The notes under the pieces are model-generated. The model was not told the origin of the DNA and searched no databases. It saw only the letters and a list, made by a program, of their open reading frames with translations. From the NCBI GenBank assembly GCA_965116905.1, contig OZ220732.1, positions 2,464,001 through 2,528,000 on the forward strand: DNA of 64,000 nucleotides, read 5' to 3'. The stretch is from Longimicrobiales bacterium (lineage in GTDB: Bacteria; Gemmatimonadota; Gemmatimonadetes; Longimicrobiales; Gaopeijiaceae). Position numbers and translations under genes: made by a program. This document shows positions 1 through 9,792 of the stretch, in pieces. Each line of letters begins with the position of its first letter. Positions within the stretch are counted from its first letter, which is position 1.

Positions 1-876
1 AGGGGTGTCGGACCAGGCGAGTTCGAACGGCTGCAACTCCTGCGAGGGTGCTCCGGAGACAAGGTTGTCGCCTATGACCGAAGCGCCTTCAGGGTTACCG
101 AGTTCGATCAGGACGGCGAGCGGTTGGCCACGTGGCAGGTGCCCTCCGGTGCGGGTGCTCCGTTCGGGGTGACGTGCGCGCCCGATGGAAGGATCGTCTA
201 CTTCCCATGGGGTGAATTCCCGTCGGAACCCGGGATCGTACGATGGCAGGTGCCCATCTTGTGGAGTTCCCGTGGCACGGGAGGTCCGGAACTCATCAGA
301 GACGAAGTGCCGGGGTTGGAGCGCGTTCTGGACCCAGGTGGCGGCGGGTACTGGGAACGCCCGTGGTCACGAAGACTGGTGTTCGGAGCGACCAATGAAG
401 GCGTGTGGATCGGGACCAGCGACGACTACATGCTGGAGTTCGTCGGTTGGGACGGGGTGGGCCTGAAAACGCTTGCATGGTCGGGAAGAGACCGCACGGT
501 GACCCAGGCGGACATTGACCAACTGCGTGATGAGTTTACCGAGGACGATGACGAGGAGGAAAAGGCCAGATTCCTCAGGGAAAGCTGGCCCGACTATGAG
601 AGCGTGCTGCCCACCACTGTGCCGGCTTACTCACGTCTGCTTGTCCTGGATGACGGCACTGTGTGGGTCGGACAGTGGGATGGCTACGTGTGGCTGCCGC
701 GGCTGCCTGGGCACCCCGGGAAGCGCTGGGATGTCTTCGGCCCCGCCGGCGAACGGGTTCGTCAGGTGATCATCCCGACGAACATGCGCCTTCTGGATGC
801 CGGCGAAGGCTGGGTTCTGGTGGTGGTCCGGGATAGCCTTGGAGTCCAGACGCTTGCCGTCTATGAGTTCAGTTGA
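1..876 (+). CDS. 6-bladed beta-propeller protein (5' partial)
   Basis: Frame 1 is open from base 1 (RGVGPGEFERL...). It has the G-x-GPGEF motif and a C-terminal 'WDVFGPAGE...VVVRDSLGVQTLAVY' typical of this family. Confidence 0.75.
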   Translation, partial: RGVGPGEFERLQLLRGCSGDKVVAYDRSAFRVTEFDQDGERLATWQVPSGAGAPFGVTCAPDGRIVYFPWGEFPSEPGIVRWQVPILWSSRGTGGPELIRDEVPGLERVLDPGGGGYWERPWSRRLVFGATNEGVWIGTSDDYMLEFVGWDGVGLKTLAWSGRDRTVTQADIDQLRDEFTEDDDEEEKARFLRESWPDYESVLPTTVPAYSRLLVLDDGTVWVGQWDGYVWLPRLPGHPGKRWDVFGPAGERVRQVIIPTNMRLLDAGEGWVLVVVRDSLGVQTLAVYEFS

Positions 877-990
877 GGCACACGTTGGCGCGGTCATCCG
901 GCGAGGGTCGCCAAACGCGATTGTTGCCCCAACCTGACGTTACGTCAGGGTCGTCCTGGCGCCCCTACACCTCGTCTTCGGCCCGGCCCC

Positions 991-2379
991 CTACCGGCCC
1001 CCGCCCGTCGCCCAATACCCCCCTTGCGCGCGGTCGAACACGATCTCGCGGCCCACGGCCTCCGTCTCCACGCGCCCATCCGCGAACACCGTCCGCCCGC
1101 CCACCCACGTCCTCACGGGCCAGCCCTGGAGTCTGGTCCCGTGCCATGGACTCCAGCCGGACTTGCACCGCTGATCCTCGTTTCTCACTACCTGCTCCTT
1201 CTCCATGTCCACCAGCACCAGGTCGGCGTCGTAGCCCGGCTCGATCCGGCCCTTGCCCACGATGTCCCAGATCCGCGCGGGACGGTCGCACATCCAGGCG
1301 GCCACCTCCTCAAGCGTGCAGCGGCCCTCGTTGACCTCGTGGAGCATGAGGGGCAGGAAGACCTCGACGGCCGGCACTCCGGACGGTGATCCGGGGTAGG
1401 GGACCGCCTTCTCCTCGAGGGTGTGGGGTGCGTGATCGGTGGCCACGATCTGGATCGCGCCTTCCTTGAGCCCCCGCCAGAGTGCCTCCCGGTCCGCAGC
1501 CGTCTTGAGCGAGGGGTTCATCTGGGCCAGCGTGCCGAGGCGATCGTAGTCGGAGGTGTCGAAGAAGAGATGATGGGGGCACGCTTCCGCCGTGACGACA
1601 CGGTCGCGAGCTGCGGTGAGCCGATTATGCTCGGCGATGATCCGCACCTCCTCGGCAGTGGAGACGTGCAGGACGTGGAAGCGGTGGCGATGGCGGTGCG
1701 CGAGGTCGATGGCGCGGAGCGTGGCGGTGACCGCCGCCCTGTGATCGCGAATGCGGGAGTGGTCGTGCACGGTGAGCGGCCCGCCCAGGCGTGCCCGGTT
1801 CGCGCGCACCGTGCCCTCGTCCTCACAGTGGGCCGTGATCGGCAGCGTGGTCTCGGCGAAGATCGCCTCGAGGCACTCCTGATCGTCGACCAGCATGTTC
1901 CCCGTGCTCGACCCGATGAAGATCTTGATCCCGGGCGTGGCGACGCCGGGTGTCCGTCCGGCGCGGCAGAGTTCGTCCAGGTTGCCGGTCGTGGCGCCCA
2001 TGTAGAAGCCGTAGTTGACGACCGAACGACGCGCGGCCAGTTCCAGCTTGGCCGCCAGCGCCTCGACCGTGATCGTCTGCGGCACGGTGTTCGGCATTTC
2101 CAGGAACGAGGTGACGCCGCCCGCCGCGCACGCCCGGCTTCCCGTGCGCAGATCCTCCTTGTGCGTCAGCCCCGGGTCGCGGAAATGGACCTGGTCGTCG
2201 ATCACGCCGGGGAGCAGGTGGAGGCCGGCCCCGTCCACCACCTCGTCCGCACGCGTGTGTCGAGCCGCATCCACACCCGCGATCACGCCGTCCTCGATCA
2301 GCACCGAGGTGCGCGCCACCTTACCCGGCAGCACGACCTGCGCGTTCCGGATCAGCGTGCGGTGCGCCACGGGCGCCAC
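991..2379 (-). CDS. pyrC: Dihydroorotase (amidohydrolase superfamily)
   Basis: Motifs [57 protein letters not shown]. Confidence 0.88.
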   Translation of the reverse strand: MAPVAHRTLIRNAQVVLPGKVARTSVLIEDGVIAGVDAARHTRADEVVDGAGLHLLPGVIDDQVHFRDPGLTHKEDLRTGSRACAAGGVTSFLEMPNTVPQTITVEALAAKLELAARRSVVNYGFYMGATTGNLDELCRAGRTPGVATPGIKIFIGSSTGNMLVDDQECLEAIFAETTLPITAHCEDEGTVRANRARLGGPLTVHDHSRIRDHRAAVTATLRAIDLAHRHRHRFHVLHVSTAEEVRIIAEHNRLTAARDRVVTAEACPHHLFFDTSDYDRLGTLAQMNPSLKTAADREALWRGLKEGAIQIVATDHAPHTLEEKAVPYPGSPSGVPAVEVFLPLMLHEVNEGRCTLEEVAAWMCDRPARIWDIVGKGRIEPGYDADLVLVDMEKEQVVRNEDQRCKSGWSPWHGTRLQGWPVRTWVGGRTVFADGRVETEAVGREIVFDRAQGGYWATGGGR

Positions 2380-2380
2380 C

Positions 2381-2971
2381 TCACGAGAAGTAGGGATTCT
2401 CCCCGCTCGCGTGGTCGGTCACGTCGTGGATCGCGGTCACCTCGGGCACCGACTGCGACACCATGCGCTCCACACCCTGACGTAACGTCATGCGTGACAT
2501 GGCGCACCCCTGACACCCCCCCGCCATCTCAATGAAGATCTCGGTGCCCTGCACGTCCACCAGGTTGATCACGCCACCATGCGCGGCGATCGCCGGGTTG
2601 ATCTCGGTGTCCAGCACATGGCTCACGCGGTCGGCGAGTTCGCCCGAAGGGCCCGAATCCTCGATCGCGGCCTTCGTGACGTTGGGATCCGGCGTGATCT
2701 GAAATCCGCTCTCCTGGATCTTCTCGACAAAGTCCACCCTGGCGCCGTTCAGCCGGTCCACGCTCGCCTCGTCGACGAGCACCGTAAACGATCCCGCGTC
2801 GACTTCGATATCCGTGTCGGCGCGTTGTTCGGCGTCCACCAGGGTGAGTTCGTAATTCGGGGCGAAGGGACTTCCGTCGACCGCGATCCGCAGCGCCTGA
2901 AGTCCGTCCTCCTCCATGTCCATGAAGGACACGACCATGTCCCGCGCCTTATCTGTAAACGTCAGCTTCAT
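2381..2971 (-). CDS. nfuA: NfuA-like Fe-S cluster carrier (degenerate A-type domain + Nfu domain)
   Basis: Start at MKLTFTDKA. The N-terminal HesB-like domain has no Cys; the C-terminus has [10 protein letters not shown]...GGCQGC (Nfu CxxC). Confidence 0.85.
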   Translation of the reverse strand: MKLTFTDKARDMVVSFMDMEEDGLQALRIAVDGSPFAPNYELTLVDAEQRADTDIEVDAGSFTVLVDEASVDRLNGARVDFVEKIQESGFQITPDPNVTKAAIEDSGPSGELADRVSHVLDTEINPAIAAHGGVINLVDVQGTEIFIEMAGGCQGCAMSRMTLRQGVERMVSQSVPEVTAIHDVTDHASGENPYFS

Positions 2972-3047
2972 CCGTATGCCTCTGGGTCGGGTAAACCGGG
3001 AGGGAGTAGTTTGAAAGGTGTCCTCTTGAACCGGGAGAAGCAACGAC

Positions 3048-3884
3048 GTGAACACGGTCATCATCACCGGCGGCAACCGCGGCATTGGATTGGCGGCGGC
3101 GCGCCAAGTCGCCCATGCGGGCCACCCGGTCATCCTCGTGTGCAGGGACCGGGAGCGTGGCGAGGAAGCCCGCGCCCGGCTAGCCCAACCGGCCGCACCG
3201 CATCGCCATCGCCTCGTCGTCGCCGACCTCGCCTCGCTGGCGTCCGTGCGCGAAGCTGCTGCCCGTATCAGCGAAATCGAGCCGTCGATCGCTGCGCTGA
3301 TCAACAACGCGGCCGTGCTCCCCAAGCGCCGCGCGGTCAGTCGGGACGGCTTCGAAATGCAGCTCGCGGTCACCCATCTTGGGCACTTCCTCCTCACGAA
3401 CCTCCTGTTGCCGCTGCTGAGCCGGTCCCCGCGCCCCTGCCGCGTCGTGACCGTGTCCTCGGCGGCCCACGAGGGTCCTGCCTTCGACTTCAGCGACCCC
3501 AACTGGGAGCGGCGTCCCTACCGCAAGGGACGGGCCTACCAGCAGAGCAAGCTTGCCAATGTCCTCTTTTCTCTCGAGCTCGCGCGCCGGTCCGACGGGA
3601 CGAGCGTCGAAGCGGTAGCGCTTCACCCGGGCGTGTACGATACGGGATTGCTTCGCGACTACGTGGGAGGCGGTCCCGGGGGCGGTGCTGTGGCGCGCGT
3701 GATGGGCCGCCGCGCCGGTCGGGGCGGTCCCGTCCTGGCCGAGCTCGCCGTGGGACGCCGGGATGAGGACCTGAACGGCGCATACTTCAGCAAGACCAGG
3801 CGCTCGTCGCCTTCGTCGGCGGCGCGTGACGCGCAGGCGCAGTCGAGGCTGTGGGCGTGGAGCGCCGAGGCCGTGGGACTTTAG
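3048..3884 (+). CDS. SDR family oxidoreductase (retinol dehydrogenase/WWOX-like)
   Basis: TGGNRGIG, LINNAA, HLGHFLLT, YQQSK (YxxxK), LHPG. Confidence 0.9.
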   Translation: MNTVIITGGNRGIGLAAARQVAHAGHPVILVCRDRERGEEARARLAQPAAPHRHRLVVADLASLASVREAAARISEIEPSIAALINNAAVLPKRRAVSRDGFEMQLAVTHLGHFLLTNLLLPLLSRSPRPCRVVTVSSAAHEGPAFDFSDPNWERRPYRKGRAYQQSKLANVLFSLELARRSDGTSVEAVALHPGVYDTGLLRDYVGGGPGGGAVARVMGRRAGRGGPVLAELAVGRRDEDLNGAYFSKTRRSSPSSAARDAQAQSRLWAWSAEAVGL

Positions 3885-3979
3885 CCCGCACTGCGGACTT
3901 CGGTACCTTTCGGACTCGTTTTGCGCGGCCCGGCGGGGCAGCGCGCGGTGCACTCACACAACATCCCGGGGGACGTGAC

Positions 3980-5302
3980 GTGGCGGACCGGATGGAAACA
4001 ATCGTCTCGCTGTGCAAGCGGCGGGGATTCGTCTTTCAGTCGTCGGAGATCTACGGCGGTGCGGCGTCGGTGTGGGACTACGGACCCCTCGGCGTCGAGC
4101 TGCGGAAGAACGTGGCGGACGTCTGGTGGTCCGCGATGGTCCACGCGCGCGACGATATCGAGGGGCTGGATGCCGGGATCCTCATGCACCCCCGGGTGTG
4201 GGAGGCGTCGGGTCACGTCTCCGGCTTCACCGATCCGCTGCTGGAGTGCAAGACCTGCAAGAAGCGCTGGCGGGCGGACCACATCGAGCAGGCCGGCTGC
4301 GCGCGGAAGCCCTCGGTCGTCCCGGGTGCCCACGCCGACTGCGACCTGGGCGAGCCCCGCCTCTTCAATCTCATGTTCAAGACGTTCATGGGGCCGGTGG
4401 AGGAGGATGCCTCGGTCGTCTACCTGAGACCCGAAACCGCGCAGGGGTCGTACGTCAACTTCCTCAACGTCCAGCAGACCTCACGACAGCGTGTTCCGTT
4501 CGGAATCGCGCAGCTCGGCAAGGCGTTCCGCAACGAGATTACACCGGGCAACTTCATCTTCCGCACCCGCGAATTCGAGCAGGCCGAGATGCAGTTCTTC
4601 GTCAAGCCCGGCAGCGACGACGAGTGGTTCGACTACTGGCTCGAGCAGCGCATCGCCTGGCACCACGAGATCGGCATCCGGCCGGAGAAGCTGCGGCAGC
4701 ACGCCCACGGCCCGAACGAGTTGGCCCACTACGCCAAGACCGCCGTCGACATCGAGTACGAGTTCCCATTCGGATGGCAGGAGCTGGAGGGCGTCCACAA
4801 CCGCACCGACTTCGACCTGTCACGCCACCAGGAGTTCTCCGGCAAGCGCCTCATCTACATCGATCCCGCGGGTGGCGAGCGTTACCTGCCTTTCGTTGTG
4901 GAGACGGCGATGGGGGTCGGACGGGCGGCCCTGGTCGCGCTGGTGGACGGATACCGCGAGGAGGAAGTCGGAGGTCAGCAGCGCGTTGTACTGGGACTCA
5001 GTCCGCGCCTGGCGCCCATCAAGGCGGCGGTCTTCCCGTTGATGAAGAAGCACGGGCAACCCGAAGTGGCGCAGTCGCTGCTCAAGGCGCTTCGCCGCGC
5101 GCGCATCCCCGCGGCCTACGACCAGGCGGGCTCGATCGGCCGCCGCTACCGCCGTCAGGACGAGGCGGGGACGCCCTGGTGCGTCACCATCGACGGCCAG
5201 ACCCGTGACGACGACAGCGTCACGATCCGAGACCGCGACACCCTGGCCCAGGAGCGCGTTGGCCTCGACCACGTAGTCGGCTGGATCACGGAGCGGCTGT
5301 AG
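3980..5302 (+). CDS. glyQS: Glycine--tRNA ligase (alpha2 type)
   Basis: CKRRGFVFQSSEIYGG, YLRPETAQG, FRNEITPGNFIFRTREFEQ, GSIGRRYRRQDEAGTP. Start is GTG 3980 or ATG 3992. Confidence 0.95.
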   Translation: MADRMETIVSLCKRRGFVFQSSEIYGGAASVWDYGPLGVELRKNVADVWWSAMVHARDDIEGLDAGILMHPRVWEASGHVSGFTDPLLECKTCKKRWRADHIEQAGCARKPSVVPGAHADCDLGEPRLFNLMFKTFMGPVEEDASVVYLRPETAQGSYVNFLNVQQTSRQRVPFGIAQLGKAFRNEITPGNFIFRTREFEQAEMQFFVKPGSDDEWFDYWLEQRIAWHHEIGIRPEKLRQHAHGPNELAHYAKTAVDIEYEFPFGWQELEGVHNRTDFDLSRHQEFSGKRLIYIDPAGGERYLPFVVETAMGVGRAALVALVDGYREEEVGGQQRVVLGLSPRLAPIKAAVFPLMKKHGQPEVAQSLLKALRRARIPAAYDQAGSIGRRYRRQDEAGTPWCVTIDGQTRDDDSVTIRDRDTLAQERVGLDHVVGWITERL

Positions 5303-5310
5303 CCCGCGAC

Positions 5311-5347
5311 CCGCCGGCCGCCGGTCGCCGGCCGCCGGCCGCCGGCC
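5311..5347. repeat. Heptamer tandem repeat (CCGCCGG)x5 between convergent genes
   Basis: ccgccgg ccgccgg tcgccgg ccgccgg ccgccgg read directly from the sequence. Confidence 0.8.
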
Positions 5348-5372
5348 AAATCCGCGGATCGCCAACCCCCCG

Positions 5373-6383
5373 TCAGCCGGAAAGCAGTTCCCGCCCGAGG
5401 AACCTTGCGGCCTCCCGCTCCGCCCAGAAGCGCGGGCGCCACGGGAGCGCGCCCTCGATGAACCCGAGGTGCCCTCCCCGGTCGGCGAAGGCGGCCGCCA
5501 GGTGGGGGTTGTCCGCGACAATGGCATCGGGCGCCGCGCCCCGAGGCAGAAACGGGTCGTCCCGGGACTGGATGAGGAGCGCCGGCACCCGGACGTGTGC
5601 AAGGTGGCGTCGCACGTCGGCGCGAGCATAGTAGTCGTCGGCTCCGGCGAAGCCGTGCAGCGGTGCCGTACAGGCATCGTCGAAGTCCCGGAGCGTTCGG
5701 GCCGCCAGCGTGCGGTCCACGTCAACCGCACCGTCGAGCAGCTGCCGCTTTGCACGCACCTTGCGGCGCAGCGAACGCAGGAAGTACGCGCCGTACGTGC
5801 GTCCCATGATACCGGTCGACAGACGCTCCGCGCAGCCGGGGAGATCGAAGGGCACCGATACGGCTGCGGCGGCGTCGATTCCGGCCGAGCCCCGGCGCTC
5901 GCCCAGATACTTGAGCAGGACGTTGCCCCCGAGGCTGAACCCGGCCGCACCGACGGGACGCCCGGGATGGCCGTGACGGAGCCGCGCGACCACATGCGCC
6001 AGATCGCCCGTATCGCCGGAATGGTAGGCCCGGGGCAGCCGGTTGGGCTCGCCGCCGCAACCGCGAAAGTTCATGCCCACCCCTCGAAGCCCTCGGTCGA
6101 AGAGTTCGCGGAAGATCAGGGACATGTACTCGCGCCGGGTCGAACCTTCGAGGCCGTGCAGCACAACGACCAGCGGCGCCCCCGGCTTGGGTCGGGGGGC
6201 GAAATCGAGGTCGAGGAAGTCCCCGTCCGGGGTGTCGACTCTGCGCCGTTCCAGCGGCAGCCCCCGGCTGGAGCGCAAGTACTTGCCGGCCAGGGTCTGG
6301 GCATGCCGGTTTCGGAGCCACCATGCGGGCCGAAATGGGGCCCGGCGGACGTGTGTTGACACTTGGGTATCGCGCGCACTCAT
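5373..6383 (-). CDS. YheT-family alpha/beta hydrolase
   Basis: FRPAWWLRNRHAQT, DGDFLDLD, LHGLEGS, GFSLGG nucleophile, DDPF, GGHLGF. Confidence 0.88.
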   Translation of the reverse strand: MSARDTQVSTHVRRAPFRPAWWLRNRHAQTLAGKYLRSSRGLPLERRRVDTPDGDFLDLDFAPRPKPGAPLVVVLHGLEGSTRREYMSLIFRELFDRGLRGVGMNFRGCGGEPNRLPRAYHSGDTGDLAHVVARLRHGHPGRPVGAAGFSLGGNVLLKYLGERRGSAGIDAAAAVSVPFDLPGCAERLSTGIMGRTYGAYFLRSLRRKVRAKRQLLDGAVDVDRTLAARTLRDFDDACTAPLHGFAGADDYYARADVRRHLAHVRVPALLIQSRDDPFLPRGAAPDAIVADNPHLAAAFADRGGHLGFIEGALPWRPRFWAEREAARFLGRELLSG

Positions 6384-6417
6384 GACGCTCGGCGCCGGAT
6401 AGGCGACGACTACGGCA

Positions 6418-9400
6418 CTATTGTCGCCATGACCGCGCACCCCGGGCCCGCTTCCCGGCACCCGGGACGAGCGCGTACTGTGCCCCTTGGCTCGCGTCCT
6501 GCGACGAAGACGCGGGAACGTAGACGGCAAACCGGAGCTGGGCGCTCCTGCCCCCTGGATCCGTGGCGGTGACCTGGCCGAAGGAGGCTCCGTCGGCGAC
6601 CTTGCCGATAATGTGGAGCGTGTCGCCCGAGACCACGACCGTAGCAGCCGCACCCACCGTGGCTGAATAGGTCAGTTCATCGCCGTCCGGGTCGCTGAAG
6701 TAGTTGGAAAGCAGATAGGTCAGGGTGTCGCCGACGTTGACTTCCAGAATGCCATCGAAGCTGCCCGTCGCTCGGGGCGGCCGGTTGCTCTCGACCGTTA
6801 CCGGGAACGATTGCGAGGCCGACAGCCCACCCAGGTCCGTCGCGGTCATCGTCACCGTGGCACTCCCCACGGCAACGCCTCGGACCTCCGCATAGATCCC
6901 GTAATAGCCGTCGTTCTGGACAGAAACGGAGACAACGGCCGTGTTCGACGACGATACCGATAGCCTGAGTTCGTCACCGGCATCATCGTCGTCGAAGTGC
7001 CCGTTGAGGGTGAATATGTCGACCTGCCCCGGTGAGGACGTCAGCGAGCCTGCCTCGGCCTTTACCGTGGGTGCGTTGTTGCCGGCGTTGCCGACCTTGA
7101 CCGTGAAATCGACCGATTCCGACAAGCCATCGGGATCCCGCGCCGTAATCGTAATCGTTGCGGTCCCGTCGGACTTGCCAACAACCCCGAACAGGAACTC
7201 GTCGCTCTGGTTGATGCCTGCCACCGCGGTGTTCGAACTGCTCCCGCTGTAGGTCAGTTCATCGCCATCGGGATCTTCGAAGTAATGCCATCCCTGCACC
7301 GGCAGCTGCTTGCCCTTCACGAGGGCCCGATCCGGAGGCTGCGCTGTCACGATCGGCGCCCGGTTGGACGTTGGTGGTGTCTTGCTGACGGTAACATCGA
7401 AGCTGATCCTGGAGGACAGTCCCGCGGGATCCTCGCCCGCGACCGATATCGACGCGATTCCTTCGGCGACGGCGTTTACCGTCAGGTCGCTGCCGGACAG
7501 TGAAGTGGTTGCCACCGCCTCGTTGGAACTCGACGCGGCAAAGGTGAGATTGTCGTCGTCGGGATCGGTGAAGTGGTTTCGCAGGTTTCTCGAAACACTG
7601 CCGTCGAGGCCCACGTGCTGATCCACAATCGGGGCCGCAGGGGCAGGTGGGCGGTTGCCGGGATTGGTCTGTTCGACGATAACCCGGAAACGGGTCGAGA
7701 CCGAGGCCCCATGGGGATCCGCTGCGGTTACGGTAACGCTGGCGGTGCCTTCTCCGACCGCGGTCACCGTCATTTCGTCGTCGTCAACTTCGACCTTTGT
7801 CACCGTCCTGTCGGAACTCTTCGCATTAAAGGTCAGGTCGTCCTTGTCGGGATCACTGAAGTAGCGGTCGAGATCAAATGTTTCGGTCTCGCCCTCATCG
7901 AAACTTCGCGTAGCGATGTCGCGTGTCGCGAGCGGCGGCCGGTTGGGTACCGTCACCGGGAAGGTCAGCGTGGCGACCAGACCCTCGGTATCGGTCGCCG
8001 ATACGGTCACGCTCGCCTCGCCCCCCGACAACGCGGTAACGGTGACGGTGGAGCCGGTCGCGGAAGCCGCAGCAACCGTCAGGTCCGAGGTTGTTACCGC
8101 ATAGGTCAGCGCGTCCCCGTCCGGATCGCTGAAGTAGTCCGCCGCTTCGACCGTGAACACCGAGCCGACGCGCACGGTCTGTGCCGGGATGGATCCCACC
8201 GCCAGCGGCGGCTGGTTGGGCACCGTGACCACGAAATCCTGGGTGACCGCCAGGTCCTCCGTGTCGGTCGCCGTCACGGTGATCGTGGTCTCACCCTTCG
8301 CGACCGCCACGACACTGACGGAACTCGCCACGACCGACACCAGGGCCACGCTGCTGTCAGCCGAAACGGCCGTATAGGTCAGCGAGTCGCCGTCCGGATC
8401 GCTGAACAACGGTGCCATGTCGAGGTCTTCGGATTGGCCCACGCCCACCACCTGGGCGGGAATCGACTGCATGACGAGAGGTGGCCGGTTGGGGACCATC
8501 ACGGCAAAGCTCTGCGTCGCCGTGAGCCCTTCGGTGTCCGTCGCGGTCACGCTCACGCTTGCCTTGCCCTTCGCGTGCGCCGTGACCGTGATCATGCTTT
8601 CCACGACCGAAGTCGACGCGATCAGCGTGTCGCTGGCCACGGCCTTGTAGGACAGCGCGTCCCCGTCCGGATCACTGAAAAAGGGCGAGACGTCCACCAT
8701 GGCGCTGTCGGCCACTTCGACGGTGTGTTCGGGCACCGAACCCTCCGCGAACGGCGGCCGGTTGGGAACCATTACCAAAAAGCTCTGGACGGCATTGAGG
8801 CCGCCGGGATCGATCGCGGTCAGCGTGACCGTGGCCGTTCCCTTCGCAATCGCAACGACCGTCAGCATGGCCTCTGCAACGGAAGCGTTCACCAGGCTGC
8901 TGTCTGCCGCCACTTCGTAGGTGAGTCCCTGGCCGTCGGGTTCACTGAAAAAGGCCGAGACGTTCACCGTCGAAGAGTCGCCCACGGCGATTTCCCGATC
9001 CTCGATCTGGCCGATCGCCAAAGGCGGCCGATTGGGGACCAGCACGCTCATGCTCTGTTGGGCCTTCAGACCGTTGTTGTCGGCCAGAATGGTCACCAGC
9101 GCATCGCCGGGACTCACGGCCGTGACGGTGACGGTCGCGCCCGCACCGCTGACCGCCACCACACCCGCATCCGATGTCCACACCTTGTAGGCCAGGGGGT
9201 TCCCGGCAGGATCATCGAAACACGCGGTGACCGTCGCGGACTCACCCACCACAAGGGTCTGTTGCGGCAGCGCGCCGCAGACGACCGGGGGTCCGGGGGC
9301 TTCGCAGGCCGAGAGGCCCGACAGCATCGCCAGCGCTGCGAGCGCGACCCCGCGGAACCTTCGTTGGGAACGTCGGAGTTCGGAGATTCTCGCCGACAAC

Positions 9401-9444
9401 TTGACCTGCATCATCATCTCGACTGGCTTCGCTCGGGTCCACAT
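6418..9444 (-). CDS. Large surface lipoprotein made of about 10 cadherin/Ig-like repeats
   Basis: GGAGG lies upstream of ATG 9444. Lipobox LSAC is followed by ten ~90-aa repeats 'NRPP...FSDPDGDxLTY...GxAxVTVTATDxxGL'. Confidence 0.85.
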   Translation of the reverse strand: MWTRAKPVEMMMQVKLSARISELRRSQRRFRGVALAALAMLSGLSACEAPGPPVVCGALPQQTLVVGESATVTACFDDPAGNPLAYKVWTSDAGVVAVSGAGATVTVTAVSPGDALVTILADNNGLKAQQSMSVLVPNRPPLAIGQIEDREIAVGDSSTVNVSAFFSEPDGQGLTYEVAADSSLVNASVAEAMLTVVAIAKGTATVTLTAIDPGGLNAVQSFLVMVPNRPPFAEGSVPEHTVEVADSAMVDVSPFFSDPDGDALSYKAVASDTLIASTSVVESMITVTAHAKGKASVSVTATDTEGLTATQSFAVMVPNRPPLVMQSIPAQVVGVGQSEDLDMAPLFSDPDGDSLTYTAVSADSSVALVSVVASSVSVVAVAKGETTITVTATDTEDLAVTQDFVVTVPNQPPLAVGSIPAQTVRVGSVFTVEAADYFSDPDGDALTYAVTTSDLTVAAASATGSTVTVTALSGGEASVTVSATDTEGLVATLTFPVTVPNRPPLATRDIATRSFDEGETETFDLDRYFSDPDKDDLTFNAKSSDRTVTKVEVDDDEMTVTAVGEGTASVTVTAADPHGASVSTRFRVIVEQTNPGNRPPAPAAPIVDQHVGLDGSVSRNLRNHFTDPDDDNLTFAASSSNEAVATTSLSGSDLTVNAVAEGIASISVAGEDPAGLSSRISFDVTVSKTPPTSNRAPIVTAQPPDRALVKGKQLPVQGWHYFEDPDGDELTYSGSSSNTAVAGINQSDEFLFGVVGKSDGTATITITARDPDGLSESVDFTVKVGNAGNNAPTVKAEAGSLTSSPGQVDIFTLNGHFDDDDAGDELRLSVSSSNTAVVSVSVQNDGYYGIYAEVRGVAVGSATVTMTATDLGGLSASQSFPVTVESNRPPRATGSFDGILEVNVGDTLTYLLSNYFSDPDGDELTYSATVGAAATVVVSGDTLHIIGKVADGASFGQVTATDPGGRSAQLRFAVYVPASSSQDASQGAQYALVPGAGKRARGARSWRQ

Positions 9445-9792
9445 CCGTTCGCCTCCCTGCGGCTTCTTCACTTCCACCCTTCGTCGGCTCCCTATCAGGA
9501 ACTCCCGCCACCTCCGCGCCACTCCCGCCGACGCGACCAAAGCGTGCCCCAAGCCTGTCGAAAACCTATGGGTGGACTCCTGAATCACGCAATGGTCTGG
9601 CAGCACGGACCCATCGTACCGGAATAGCAATGTTCGGGGGTTCGAGCACAACAGAATTATCCCCCTGCGATCCGGGCATCGCGGTCGCGCGACCGTGCCG
9701 CACCCCTATGGCCATCGGACACCCAAGGCGGTAGCGTATCAGCGCCGTGGCTGTTCCATCCGTACGCCCCGCAAACAAGGAGTCTGAACGTC

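Noticed and set aside
2476..2490. TGACGTAACGTCA palindrome similar to the one at 933-949
   Set aside because: It lies inside nfuA coding sequence (MTLRQ codons) and is probably coincidental.
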